64,000 nt of DNA from a virus (taxonomy: Duplodnaviria > Caudoviricetes), in the IMG/VR virus record IMGVR_UViG_3300033416_000002, positions 5,012 to 69,011 of that record. One strand, written 5' to 3'. A program made the position numbers and the translations under genes. The notes under the pieces are model-generated. The model was not told where the DNA came from. It saw only the letters and a list, made by a program, of their open reading frames with translations, and made no database searches. The first letter of the stretch is position 1; each line of letters starts with the position of its first letter. Positions 53,696 to 62,054 of the stretch are shown piece by piece.

Positions 53696-54733
53696 GTGAC
53701 CACGAGTCCAGAGGCGGACATCCTAGCAGTACGGCGGCGCATCAAAGACACGCATGCCTCGCATCCGTTTCTGGACGACGACGACATCGACTCGGCCATC
53801 CAACTTGCCGTTACCGGGGACTACTCACGGCACCGCCCGAGAGAAGTGGTGGTTGATGAAAGTGGAACAGGGACTCCGTTCATCTGCCTATCGGATCTCG
53901 AGGAGTGGGAAGACAACTTCTCTCGGGTGGTGTCCGTCGAGTATCCCGCCCTGGACATAACCAGCGACACGGGTCCGCCACAGTACCTGGACCCGGTGAA
54001 CGAGTGGCGCGAGTACGACAACGCCTCGAAGCGGTACCTGCACCTTCGCACCACTACGCCAGCGGTAACAGACACCCTTCGCATCATCCTGACCAAGACC
54101 CACTCTCTGTCCAAGGGAGTGGCGGCCACCGAGTTCACGCCGGTCAGCATCACGATCGCGGATCCGGCTGTGCTTACTCGCTCGGACCACTTCTTGGAAG
54201 ATGGCGATACGGTGAGGCTCTCTACCACAGGGGCGTTGCCCACCGGACTGACCGCGGGCACCACGTACTACGTGGTCAACTCCACCAACGACACCCTACA
54301 GCTCGCTGCCACGGAAGACGGCGATCCCATCGAGACCACCGGCACACAGAGCGGCGTCCACAGCATGACCGTGCTCTCCGGCGAGGGCGAGGAGGATCGG
54401 GCCGCTGACACCATCTACACCCATGACAAGAACGCCGTCCTTGATCTCGCCGCCTCCATCGCTGCCCTCATGGCTGGTGGTCGAGCGGCTCACAGTTCCG
54501 ACCCCGGACTGCGAAACACGGGCGTCAAGACCGATCTGACCTACGATCAGTGGCTGCGAATCTCGGATGAATGGCGTGGGCGCTACATGCGCCACATGAA
54601 TCGCAACCCGGATGGCTCTGCCATGGCAGAGCGTGAAGAGTTCGTCGCCGAGATTACGGACTGGGATCCGCTGCCCGCCTCACAGACCGGCAGCTGGTTG
54701 ACGCACGAGCGCAGGCGGACGTACCAGCAATGA
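53696..54733 (+). CDS. Head-tail adaptor with an inserted tail-type beta domain
   Basis: Adaptor-like N-term (VRRRIKD....FLDDDDI); insert ITIADPAV..H.L.DGD.V...TTGALPTGL.AGTTYYV. Confidence 0.6.
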   Translation: MTTSPEADILAVRRRIKDTHASHPFLDDDDIDSAIQLAVTGDYSRHRPREVVVDESGTGTPFICLSDLEEWEDNFSRVVSVEYPALDITSDTGPPQYLDPVNEWREYDNASKRYLHLRTTTPAVTDTLRIILTKTHSLSKGVAATEFTPVSITIADPAVLTRSDHFLEDGDTVRLSTTGALPTGLTAGTTYYVVNSTNDTLQLAATEDGDPIETTGTQSGVHSMTVLSGEGEEDRAADTIYTHDKNAVLDLAASIAALMAGGRAAHSSDPGLRNTGVKTDLTYDQWLRISDEWRGRYMRHMNRNPDGSAMAEREEFVAEITDWDPLPASQTGSWLTHERRRTYQQ

Positions 54734-55200
54734 TCGTCACCGAGACCCTTGATGTGCGCCCACTTCAGCTTCTGACTGGTAGGTTCACCGGCCCCGAGCT
54801 GGCACGGCGCGTGACCCTGGCCCTCGAGGACACCTCTGCCAAGATCGCCCTCGACGCCAAAGAGGACGTGAAAAAGGACACCGGGGCCCTCGCGGCCTCG
54901 ATTGCTTGGGATACCTGGGGGAACTCCCAGGGCGTCATCTGGGGGAAGGTCTACTCCCCCCTCGTCTATGCGGCCAAGGTGGAGTTTGGGACTCCACCAG
55001 GCGGGGAGCCCCCGGCAGAAGGCGAACTGCTGCGCTGGATGTCGCGCAAGGGGATACCCGAGTCAGCCGAGTGGGCCATCAGAATGAAGATCGCCACCAA
55101 GGGTATCACTCCCGCCCCCTTCCTGCGGCCCGCCATGGTCGCCAACCGAGAGTACTTCTACGAGAGAGTCCGCTACTACCTGTTCACAAAGGTGGTCTAA
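54730..55200 (+). CDS. HK97 gp10-like neck protein
   Basis: KDTG.LAASI, YA.KVEFGT, P.PFLRPA motifs. Confidence 0.85.
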   Translation: MIVTETLDVRPLQLLTGRFTGPELARRVTLALEDTSAKIALDAKEDVKKDTGALAASIAWDTWGNSQGVIWGKVYSPLVYAAKVEFGTPPGGEPPAEGELLRWMSRKGIPESAEWAIRMKIATKGITPAPFLRPAMVANREYFYERVRYYLFTKVV

Positions 55201-55201
55201 C

Positions 55202-55726
55202 ATGTCGGCAGTGGATCCGTGGTTGGAGATTGCGGGAACTATTCAGGATGAACTTGAGAAGATCGAGGACATTGGCGTAGTGGTTGCTGGTCACATTTAT
55301 GTGCAAGAATGGGCTGATTTTCTAGAAACGTATACCAGCACTATTGATGGCGCGAGTGTAATTCGGGGTTGGCAGATAGTTGAGCCGCAGGTTGGTGATG
55401 GTTATCAGACTGAGCTTCAGACCTTGGGTAGCACCATGCAGCTTGAGGACACGCTCTCATTCTTCATCCGTGGCTTTACCGAGATGGGTGATGACAAGGA
55501 CGCCTCGCAGGCGGACTTCAGGAACCTGGCCTGGGAGGCGAAGCGGAAACTTGATGCGCTGGTTCGGTTCACGCTGTCGGACACCGGGCTTTCGGTTCCG
55601 CGGAGTTACCCAGCGGCTGGGCTCAGGGTAGTACCGATGGTATTCCACAACGTGGAATGCTGGGGCTGTGACATGACCAAGCGGGTGCGGATCCAGCGCA
55701 CCGAAACAGCAACGGGGAGTGTGTGA
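55202..55726 (+). CDS. Tail terminator-like protein
   Basis: Position after gp10-like gene; size 174 aa. Confidence 0.5.
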   Translation: MSAVDPWLEIAGTIQDELEKIEDIGVVVAGHIYVQEWADFLETYTSTIDGASVIRGWQIVEPQVGDGYQTELQTLGSTMQLEDTLSFFIRGFTEMGDDKDASQADFRNLAWEAKRKLDALVRFTLSDTGLSVPRSYPAAGLRVVPMVFHNVECWGCDMTKRVRIQRTETATGSV

Positions 55727-55992
55727 TGTATACGATCAGCTATCTCGATGCGACTGGGAACGTTGGCGGGGCCAATGGCGGCACGTTGCACGGTGTGATC
55801 CTGACCGGGGGCAGCGACGCGGCCACGCTGGTGATCAAGCAGGGGGGCAGTGGTGGTGCGACCATAGCGACCATCAAGGCCGCGGCCAACACCACCGTGG
55901 TGTGTCCGAACATTCACGGGGTCTATCGGGGCCAGCTGCACGCCACGTTCACTGGCACGAGCCCGGTGGCCACCTTCACAACCGGGATCTAG
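55726..55992 (+). CDS. Small virion structural protein
   Basis: Beta-rich, G/T-rich. Confidence 0.55.
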   Translation: MYTISYLDATGNVGGANGGTLHGVILTGGSDAATLVIKQGGSGGATIATIKAAANTTVVCPNIHGVYRGQLHATFTGTSPVATFTTGI

Positions 55993-56001
55993 GGGGACGC
56001 C

Positions 56002-56625
56002 ATGAACCTGTCGCTCAAGGAACTGCTCGATCGACTCGACCACTGGCTCAATGAGCATGGTGGGTATGAGGCAAACCACGAGTTCAGGGTCCTGGTTGAG
56101 GCGATGCGCCGGGGCGAGATCGCGCTGGGCTCGCAGGTTCGGGCCACCAAGTACCTCTTCGAGGCGCGTGATCCACGGGGCAACCTGAAGTGGGCCGAAG
56201 AGTGCTGGAACCTTGTTGTGACCGTGGGTCTCAACGACGCCCTCGACAAGCACTTCAAGGGCTCCAGCTACACCGCGGCATGGTATGTGGGCATCACCAC
56301 GGGCTCCGACACCTTTGCCGCCGCCGACACGATGTCTAGCCACGCGGGCTGGACGGAGTGTACCGCCTACGATGAGGCGACTCGCCCTGCGTTGACCCTG
56401 GGAGCGGTCTCGGGTGGTTCTGTGGACAACTCTGCCTCGAAGGCCCGCTTCACGATCTCGACCAACAGCACGGTGATCGGCGGCGCCTTTGTGACCACCA
56501 ACAACACCAAGGGGGGCTCTACCGGGACCCTGTACGGTGGCGCCGCGTTCGCGGCTGGCGACAAGACCCTGGACGACAACGACACCCTGGACGTGACAGT
56601 TACTCTGACAGCCACCGCGAGCTAG
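56002..56625 (+). CDS. Tail-associated structural protein
   Basis: NLVV..GL...L, WYVG, DTM.SHAGW.E...Y....RP pattern typical of minor tail proteins. Confidence 0.7.
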   Translation: MNLSLKELLDRLDHWLNEHGGYEANHEFRVLVEAMRRGEIALGSQVRATKYLFEARDPRGNLKWAEECWNLVVTVGLNDALDKHFKGSSYTAAWYVGITTGSDTFAAADTMSSHAGWTECTAYDEATRPALTLGAVSGGSVDNSASKARFTISTNSTVIGGAFVTTNNTKGGSTGTLYGGAAFAAGDKTLDDNDTLDVTVTLTATAS

Positions 56626-56639
56626 GGGAGAGTCGGCCC

Positions 56640-58961
56640 GTGGGCTCGCGCCGGATGTTCTCCCCCTCCAGCCTGGGGTTCATAACGGGGCAAAGCACTA
56701 CCTATGCGACGGCGCGATCGACATCGACGGCCTGCTCCACCACGGCGTGTAACTTCGGGCAGCGGAAGCTAGGATCGACCTACTACTGCTACCGTGCCTT
56801 CGCCATATTCGACACGTCCAGCCTCCCGGATGGTATCACCCTCACGGGGGCGAAACTGTGGTTCAGCGTATCCACGGACGGATCGACAACGGACTTCGAC
56901 ATCGAAGTACTCGCCTGCACCTGGACCTCCGCGCTCTGCTCCAACACAGAGGCGAACTACGATGCGGCTCTTGCGGGGACAACCATCCTCGGGTCACTGA
57001 GTACGTCCGGGCTGGGGACCGGCTGGAAATCCGTTACCCTGGGTGCGAACCTCGACCAGATCAGTCTGAGCGGCAACACATACATCGTGGTCCGAAGCAA
57101 AAACGACTACGACTCCACCGCTCCCACGGGTGACGAGTACATTGCGCTTACCTCGGGCACCCCAAACGTCACGCTAGAAGTAGAGTGGGATCAAGCCTCC
57201 CCGACCCACATTTCGATCCCCGCCCTGTCAGGGAATGACATCGGGTTTGCGGCGGGGCAGAACGTGACTTACGCAACCGCTCGATCAACCTGCACGAGCT
57301 ACGGCGATAACAATCAAGACCTCGGGCAGAGGGTTTCGACAGGTACGTATACGGTCGCAAGAGACATGGTGCGATTCGACCTCGCGGGCATCCCGGACGA
57401 TGCCGTCTATACGAGCCTCACCATGTATATCTATGTCAACAGCGACAGTACGACAACGAACTTCGACCTCCAGGTAGTGGCGGTTGCATGGACGCCTCCA
57501 AACTCTTCCAACTACGAGGCGAACTACGATGCGATCCTCGCCTCAACCACCGTACTCGGGACGCTGGCGGCAGCGAACTGGGGAGTCGGGTGGCAGAGTA
57601 TCAGCCTCGACATCACCGGCCTGACAAAGACGGGCTACCTCTACCTCGGGATGAGAAGCAAACGTGACTACGATGGGACCACGCCAACCGGGTATGAGTA
57701 CATCGGCCTGACCGGGGGGAGTTCCACGGGGCCGTATGCCGGGGGGAAGACGCCCTACGTCGTTGCGACCTACGCTATGGCCTACAGCGATAGCGTTACA
57801 GTGGCTCGCTATCACGCCACGACCCCGCTTGGTATCTGGGTTGTTGCCCAGACCGTAACCCTGGCGCGAACACTAGTGAGTGCTACCCAGAGTTTTGCCG
57901 CCACCCTGGCTCTCTCCGTGCTGGCTCGCCTACATGCCACAACGGCGGGGACCGTAGCAGGCTCATTTGCAGGCCACACGCTTGCTGCCCTTCGAGGGCT
58001 TGTTGCAACCGCCCCTCAGAATCTTACCGAAGCCATCACGCTGGCCCGTGCGGCTGCGCACGGGGCGGCGGGAGTCGCGGGGGCACTCACCACTCGTGCT
58101 CTGAGCACAATTCGGCAAGCCGTTGCGGCGGGAGTCGCCGCCACTGAGACCTCGCAGACTCTACCCCGGGGGATGGGAGTTGCCACTCTTCATCTGATAG
58201 GTTTGCAAATTGGTGCCATGCTGGCGAGGCTGCATGCTGTCTCGGTTCTTGGAATGACGGTGGGGGGCTCGGCTGTTACAGCCGGACGAGTCCTGAGTAC
58301 CACTGTGACCGGACTTGCGTCAAGGATCCTCGGGATAACCCTGGCCCGACTTGGCACAGTGGAGGAATCGGGGGTCGTGGGTGCCCTTGCCGGAGTCTCG
58401 CCCGCGCGCAAGCTCTACGTCACTGGTGCGGCATTGGCGGTGAGCGCGGGAAGCGCCACGCTCTCCAGTCTCCGCTCCGTGACCACCAGCGGGATCGGGC
58501 TACTCGTTAGAGCCATAACCCTAACCAGAGCCATGGCCGGTGTCGTTGTGCCATCGGTGGGAATCCTCCAAGCAGCTATCATAACTCGACTGCATGGCGT
58601 TTCTGCGTTGCGTCAAGCGGCGCAAACCGGCAGCCTTGGACTTGGCCGCCTTCTGCGCGCGGCAGCCCGGGGTTTCTGGGGCCTTCGCATCACCAAGGAC
58701 CAGTTCGACTTCACGATCTCGAGTCCAATCGAGTTTGCCTTTGAGGTGCCAGCCAGTGGTACGCTCGAGTTCGAGGTGGGCATGGAGACATTCACATTCG
58801 TGGTGCCCTCCACTCCGGAGCTTACCTACACCATCCCGGCTCCGGAGCTTACCTACACCATCCCGGCCCCGGAGCTTACCTACGAGATCGCTTCGGTACC
58901 GGAAACCGAGTTTACAATCCCCACCATACCCGTGCTAGAGTATGAAATACCGGAGGCCTAG
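56640..58961 (+). CDS. Tail fibre / receptor-binding protein with two duplicated DNRLRE-like domains
   Basis: TYATARST...YRAFAIFD..LP and TYATARST...ARDMVRFD..IP repeated; A/T/L/G-rich repeats; C-term PELTYTIPA repeats. Confidence 0.6.
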   Translation: MGSRRMFSPSSLGFITGQSTTYATARSTSTACSTTACNFGQRKLGSTYYCYRAFAIFDTSSLPDGITLTGAKLWFSVSTDGSTTDFDIEVLACTWTSALCSNTEANYDAALAGTTILGSLSTSGLGTGWKSVTLGANLDQISLSGNTYIVVRSKNDYDSTAPTGDEYIALTSGTPNVTLEVEWDQASPTHISIPALSGNDIGFAAGQNVTYATARSTCTSYGDNNQDLGQRVSTGTYTVARDMVRFDLAGIPDDAVYTSLTMYIYVNSDSTTTNFDLQVVAVAWTPPNSSNYEANYDAILASTTVLGTLAAANWGVGWQSISLDITGLTKTGYLYLGMRSKRDYDGTTPTGYEYIGLTGGSSTGPYAGGKTPYVVATYAMAYSDSVTVARYHATTPLGIWVVAQTVTLARTLVSATQSFAATLALSVLARLHATTAGTVAGSFAGHTLAALRGLVATAPQNLTEAITLARAAAHGAAGVAGALTTRALSTIRQAVAAGVAATETSQTLPRGMGVATLHLIGLQIGAMLARLHAVSVLGMTVGGSAVTAGRVLSTTVTGLASRILGITLARLGTVEESGVVGALAGVSPARKLYVTGAALAVSAGSATLSSLRSVTTSGIGLLVRAITLTRAMAGVVVPSVGILQAAIITRLHGVSALRQAAQTGSLGLGRLLRAAARGFWGLRITKDQFDFTISSPIEFAFEVPASGTLEFEVGMETFTFVVPSTPELTYTIPAPELTYTIPAPELTYEIASVPETEFTIPTIPVLEYEIPEA
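58815..58883 (+). repeat. 27-nt tandem repeat (PELTYTIPA x2.5)
   Basis: CCGGAGCTTACCTACACCATCCCGGC at 58815 and 58842; partial copy at 58869. Confidence 0.9.
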
Positions 58962-59351
58962 ATGGCACACGACATCACGATGTATCGCGGAGATACCTTC
59001 GAGTTCGATGTGGTGTTGGCCAAGGAACTGGGAGGCTACTACGACCTCGAGGACGCCACGGTCTACTGCACCGTCAAGACGGCCGTCGATGGCGACCAGG
59101 CCTGGCAGAAGAGCGGGACCGAGGGGGGCGTCACTGACGGCATCACTTTCAACACGCCCGCCACTGATGGCGTGGTGCATATCGTCTTTGAGGCGGATGA
59201 CAGCCAGACCGAAACGGTACGGGACTACAAGTGGGACGTGGAGTTTCAGCTGTCCTCCGGCGAGGTCATCACCGTTCCGCGCACCGAGGCCGGGGTCCCC
59301 GAGCTGGGGGACCTCCATCTCATCGGGGAAGTCACGAGGCCCGCGCCATGA
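58962..59351 (+). CDS. BppU N-terminal-like baseplate protein
   Basis: I.MYRGDT, YDL..ATV...VK, G.V.I, Y.WDVE motifs. Confidence 0.65.
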   Translation: MAHDITMYRGDTFEFDVVLAKELGGYYDLEDATVYCTVKTAVDGDQAWQKSGTEGGVTDGITFNTPATDGVVHIVFEADDSQTETVRDYKWDVEFQLSSGEVITVPRTEAGVPELGDLHLIGEVTRPAP

Positions 59352-59632
59352 AACGCTGTCGAGTATCGGGCACGATCAAGGCTGTCTCTGGGACAGCGAC
59401 GAAGCGACGACTGATCTTCAGACCGGAGCACGCCGGGGTTATGCCTGGCGAGGGCTACGTGGCTCAGGATGATGTCATCCTCACCACCGAGGCGGACGGA
59501 ACCTTTGTGGTAGCCCTGGTTCCCTCCGCGGTTGTGGGAACCTACAAGGTCATCATCGGTGAGGCGTCTCACAAGATCAAGGTGCCGACCGCACAACAGG
59601 CAAAGCTCGAGGATCTACTACAGGAGGCTTAG
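59348..59632 (+). CDS. Small structural protein (Ig-like)
   Basis: T.ADG.F.V.L.P motif. Confidence 0.55.
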   Translation: MKRCRVSGTIKAVSGTATKRRLIFRPEHAGVMPGEGYVAQDDVILTTEADGTFVVALVPSAVVGTYKVIIGEASHKIKVPTAQQAKLEDLLQEA

Positions 59633-59893
59633 ATGGGGCAACGAAAGTGGATCGTGGACCGGGAGTTCGAGGTTGATGGGGTGCAGTTCGTTCTCGGTGA
59701 GGAGTTCCCCACCAGCCGCCTCAAGAAGGAGATCCGCGAGTACCTCGTGGATCGGAAGTGCATCCACGCCGAGGGCGGCGAGGAGCCCGAGGAGCCAGTC
59801 CCTGACGAATTGCCCGAGGCCGAGCCCAAGCCCGAGCCAGCGGCTAAGAAGCTGTGGGCCTTCGGCTCCCAGGAGGTAACGTCCAATGGGTAA
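59633..59893 (+). CDS. Hypothetical protein with acidic Pro-rich tail
   Basis: Packing. Confidence 0.55.
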   Translation: MGQRKWIVDREFEVDGVQFVLGEEFPTSRLKKEIREYLVDRKCIHAEGGEEPEEPVPDELPEAEPKPEPAAKKLWAFGSQEVTSNG

Positions 59894-60656
59894 GATCTCG
59901 TCTGCCGATTGCGGTACTCTGTACGCCGGGGGCTACAACCTCCTCGGATTCTCCACCACGCTGACGTGGACTGTCGAACTCGGCACCGAGGAGGCCCACG
60001 TCCTGGGCGACGAGTGGGTCTACCACGACTCTACCAAGGTCAAGACCTGCACGGTGCAGCAGAACGGCTTCTTCACCGACGATGAGGCCGGATCCAACGC
60101 CGCGTTCACCGACATCATGAACGGCGAAGCCCGAGTTGGTGGCTTCTTCGGGATGGGTGGCGGGGGTGCGCTCGGCACCATCGTGAAGTGCTTCGAGGGT
60201 CTGATGCTGGCCAGCTTCGAGATCCAGGCCGAGCGCGGGGGGTTGGCCAAGGCCAACGGGTCCTTCGCCTCGGCTGGCTTCTGCAAGGATGGCTACCTCC
60301 TGTGCCAGGACGCCGACATCGGGACGGGTGGAGACGAGGCCGTGGTTCACTCGCTCGGCGCCGCCACGACCTCCGGAGGAATCGGCTTCCTTCAGGTCGT
60401 GAACTACGATCCGGATGGCGCCACCGGCCTGGTGGTAGTCATCAAGGAGAGCACTCACCCGGCTCATGCCGTCTGGACCACCATCGTGACGTTCACCACG
60501 GTGACCGCCGATTTCACGTCGGAGGTCAAGGAGGTCACCTCGGTGGCCGTGGGTACCTGTTTCAAGGTGAACTGCACCTGGAGCGGCTCCCCGGGTGGGG
60601 ATCAGACCGCGGAGGTTGCAGTGGCCTTCATTCGCACACCGGATCCCGCGCCGTAG
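59886..60656 (+). CDS. Tail tube-like protein with C-terminal extra domain
   Basis: Begins MGKISSAD and shares EEAH..GD.WV.H and AERG.L.K with the next gene. Confidence 0.6.
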   Translation: MGKISSADCGTLYAGGYNLLGFSTTLTWTVELGTEEAHVLGDEWVYHDSTKVKTCTVQQNGFFTDDEAGSNAAFTDIMNGEARVGGFFGMGGGGALGTIVKCFEGLMLASFEIQAERGGLAKANGSFASAGFCKDGYLLCQDADIGTGGDEAVVHSLGAATTSGGIGFLQVVNYDPDGATGLVVVIKESTHPAHAVWTTIVTFTTVTADFTSEVKEVTSVAVGTCFKVNCTWSGSPGGDQTAEVAVAFIRTPDPAP

Positions 60657-60686
60657 TTCGTGCGGTTCGCCAGCGGATCATAGAAT
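60657..60686 (+). promoter_or_regulatory. Candidate late promoter (major tail)
   Basis: TTCGTG-18nt-TAGAAT. Confidence 0.6.
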
Positions 60687-60739
60687 CTGCCTAAGCGCAT
60701 ACGTCGGCGGAAACCCCGCTAGGCTTAGGAGAGAATCTC

Positions 60740-61159
60740 ATGGCAAAGATCAGCTCGGTTGACATCCAGATCCTGATCAGTACCACTCAGGGCGGGGCGG
60801 CCACCACCGACATCTCTGGTGAGGTGTTGTCGTGGAACGGGCTCCCCGTCGAGGCCCTGACCGAAGAGGCTCACGGCTACGGTGATGACTGGGTGTTCCA
60901 CGCCGCGGTAGGCATGCGGCAGATGGGGGACATCACCCTTCAGGTGTTCACCGACACCACGGCCTCGACGGCCTACGACATCCTGAACGACGCCCAGGTG
61001 GCTGGCGAGCACCGGAAGATCAAGATCGTGCTCGGCAGCGGCGGCCCGTACAAGGAGGCCGACGTGTGGATCGCCTCCAACAACACCGCGGCAGAGCGCG
61101 GCGCGCTCGTGAAGTCGGAGTTCACCCTGCGCCTCGCGTCCGAGGTCACCGAAGGCTAG
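60740..61159 (+). CDS. Major tail (tube) protein
   Basis: 139 aa, own promoter and AGGAG RBS, upstream of chaperones. Confidence 0.7.
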   Translation: MAKISSVDIQILISTTQGGAATTDISGEVLSWNGLPVEALTEEAHGYGDDWVFHAAVGMRQMGDITLQVFTDTTASTAYDILNDAQVAGEHRKIKIVLGSGGPYKEADVWIASNNTAAERGALVKSEFTLRLASEVTEG

Positions 61160-61175
61160 TTGCCCCACGAGGGTA

Positions 61176-61212
61176 GGGGTGCCGGTGGGAGCCTCTGCGC
61201 CACCGGCACCCC
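61176..61212 (+). terminator. GC-rich 13-bp hairpin after the major tail gene (no U tract)
   Basis: GGGGTGCCGGTGG-11nt-CCACCGGCACCCC. Confidence 0.5.
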
Positions 61213-61245
61213 AGGCCGCGTGCAGAGGAACAAGGAGCACACACA

Positions 61246-61728
61246 GTGGATCCGGAAGATGGGACTGGTGATGGCACTCTGGCGTTCAAGACCCCCAAGG
61301 TGAGGGTGCGCTCGAAGCCACCCGCGCGGCGGGTGCCATGCGACGGCTTCACCCTCGTCGTGGATGGGGAGAAGTACTACCCCCATGTTGGCGAGTGGGT
61401 CGAGTTCGTGCCGGTCATTCAGCTGGACACCCTGCTGACCGCGATGACCCTTCAGGGCCTTCAGCAGCTCGACCTCGGCTCGGTAACCGCCGAGGAGGCC
61501 GCTGAGGTCGAGGCCGCCTTCGACAAGGTGACCAAGGATCTGGCCCGGGCGATCCTGCGGTGGAGCTGGACGAACAACGACTCGGAGACCTACCCAGAGC
61601 ACCCCACCAAGGAAGTCCTGCGCACCCTCTCGCTGGACGAGATCATGTGGCTCGTCGGAGCGTCGTTCACCGGGAAGGCGCCGGAGGAAGAGGTCGAAGA
61701 GCCCCGGGGGGAAGGCTCTATCGACTAG
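61246..61728 (+). CDS. Tail assembly chaperone (G-like)
   Basis: Between tail tube and tape measure; I..W.W and L..L..EI.W motifs. Confidence 0.75.
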   Translation: MDPEDGTGDGTLAFKTPKVRVRSKPPARRVPCDGFTLVVDGEKYYPHVGEWVEFVPVIQLDTLLTAMTLQGLQQLDLGSVTAEEAAEVEAAFDKVTKDLARAILRWSWTNNDSETYPEHPTKEVLRTLSLDEIMWLVGASFTGKAPEEEVEEPRGEGSID

Positions 61729-62054
61729 ACCAGTTCCTTGAGGGGGAGGGAGGAGCGCCCCCACGGAACTGGCTGGTCAGCCTTCTGCTCGAGGAGTTCG
61801 GTGTGGTGGCGGTGAAGCCGCTCCGTGATGCCGGAGTGGACTTGGACATGATGACCCTTCTCGACATCCTTGACCTTCGCGGCTACCGGGATGCCAAGCG
61901 GGCCATCAATGATCCAAACATCAAGATCGAGTCGGTGCCCGTTCATTGGCAGAAGACCGTCATGGGCGTGAAACGCAAGCAGCTCCTCCGGGCGCGCGAG
62001 CGAGCGGCCTCCAGAAAGAGGAGACAGCAGCGCAATGAACGAGGAGCAGGGTGA
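61707..62054 (+). CDS. Tail assembly chaperone T extension via -1 frameshift
   Basis: GGGGGAA at 61707-61713 in frame G-GGG-GAA; the -1 frame is open to 62054. Confidence 0.65.
   Translation, partial: GGRLYRLDQFLEGEGGAPPRNWLVSLLLEEFGVVAVKPLRDAGVDLDMMTLLDILDLRGYRDAKRAINDPNIKIESVPVHWQKTVMGVKRKQLLRARERAASRKRRQQRNERGAG

Noticed and set aside
56640-58961. Diversity-generating retroelement target
   Set aside because: No reverse transcriptase and no adenine-specific TR/VR pair seen; the repeats are simple tandem duplications.
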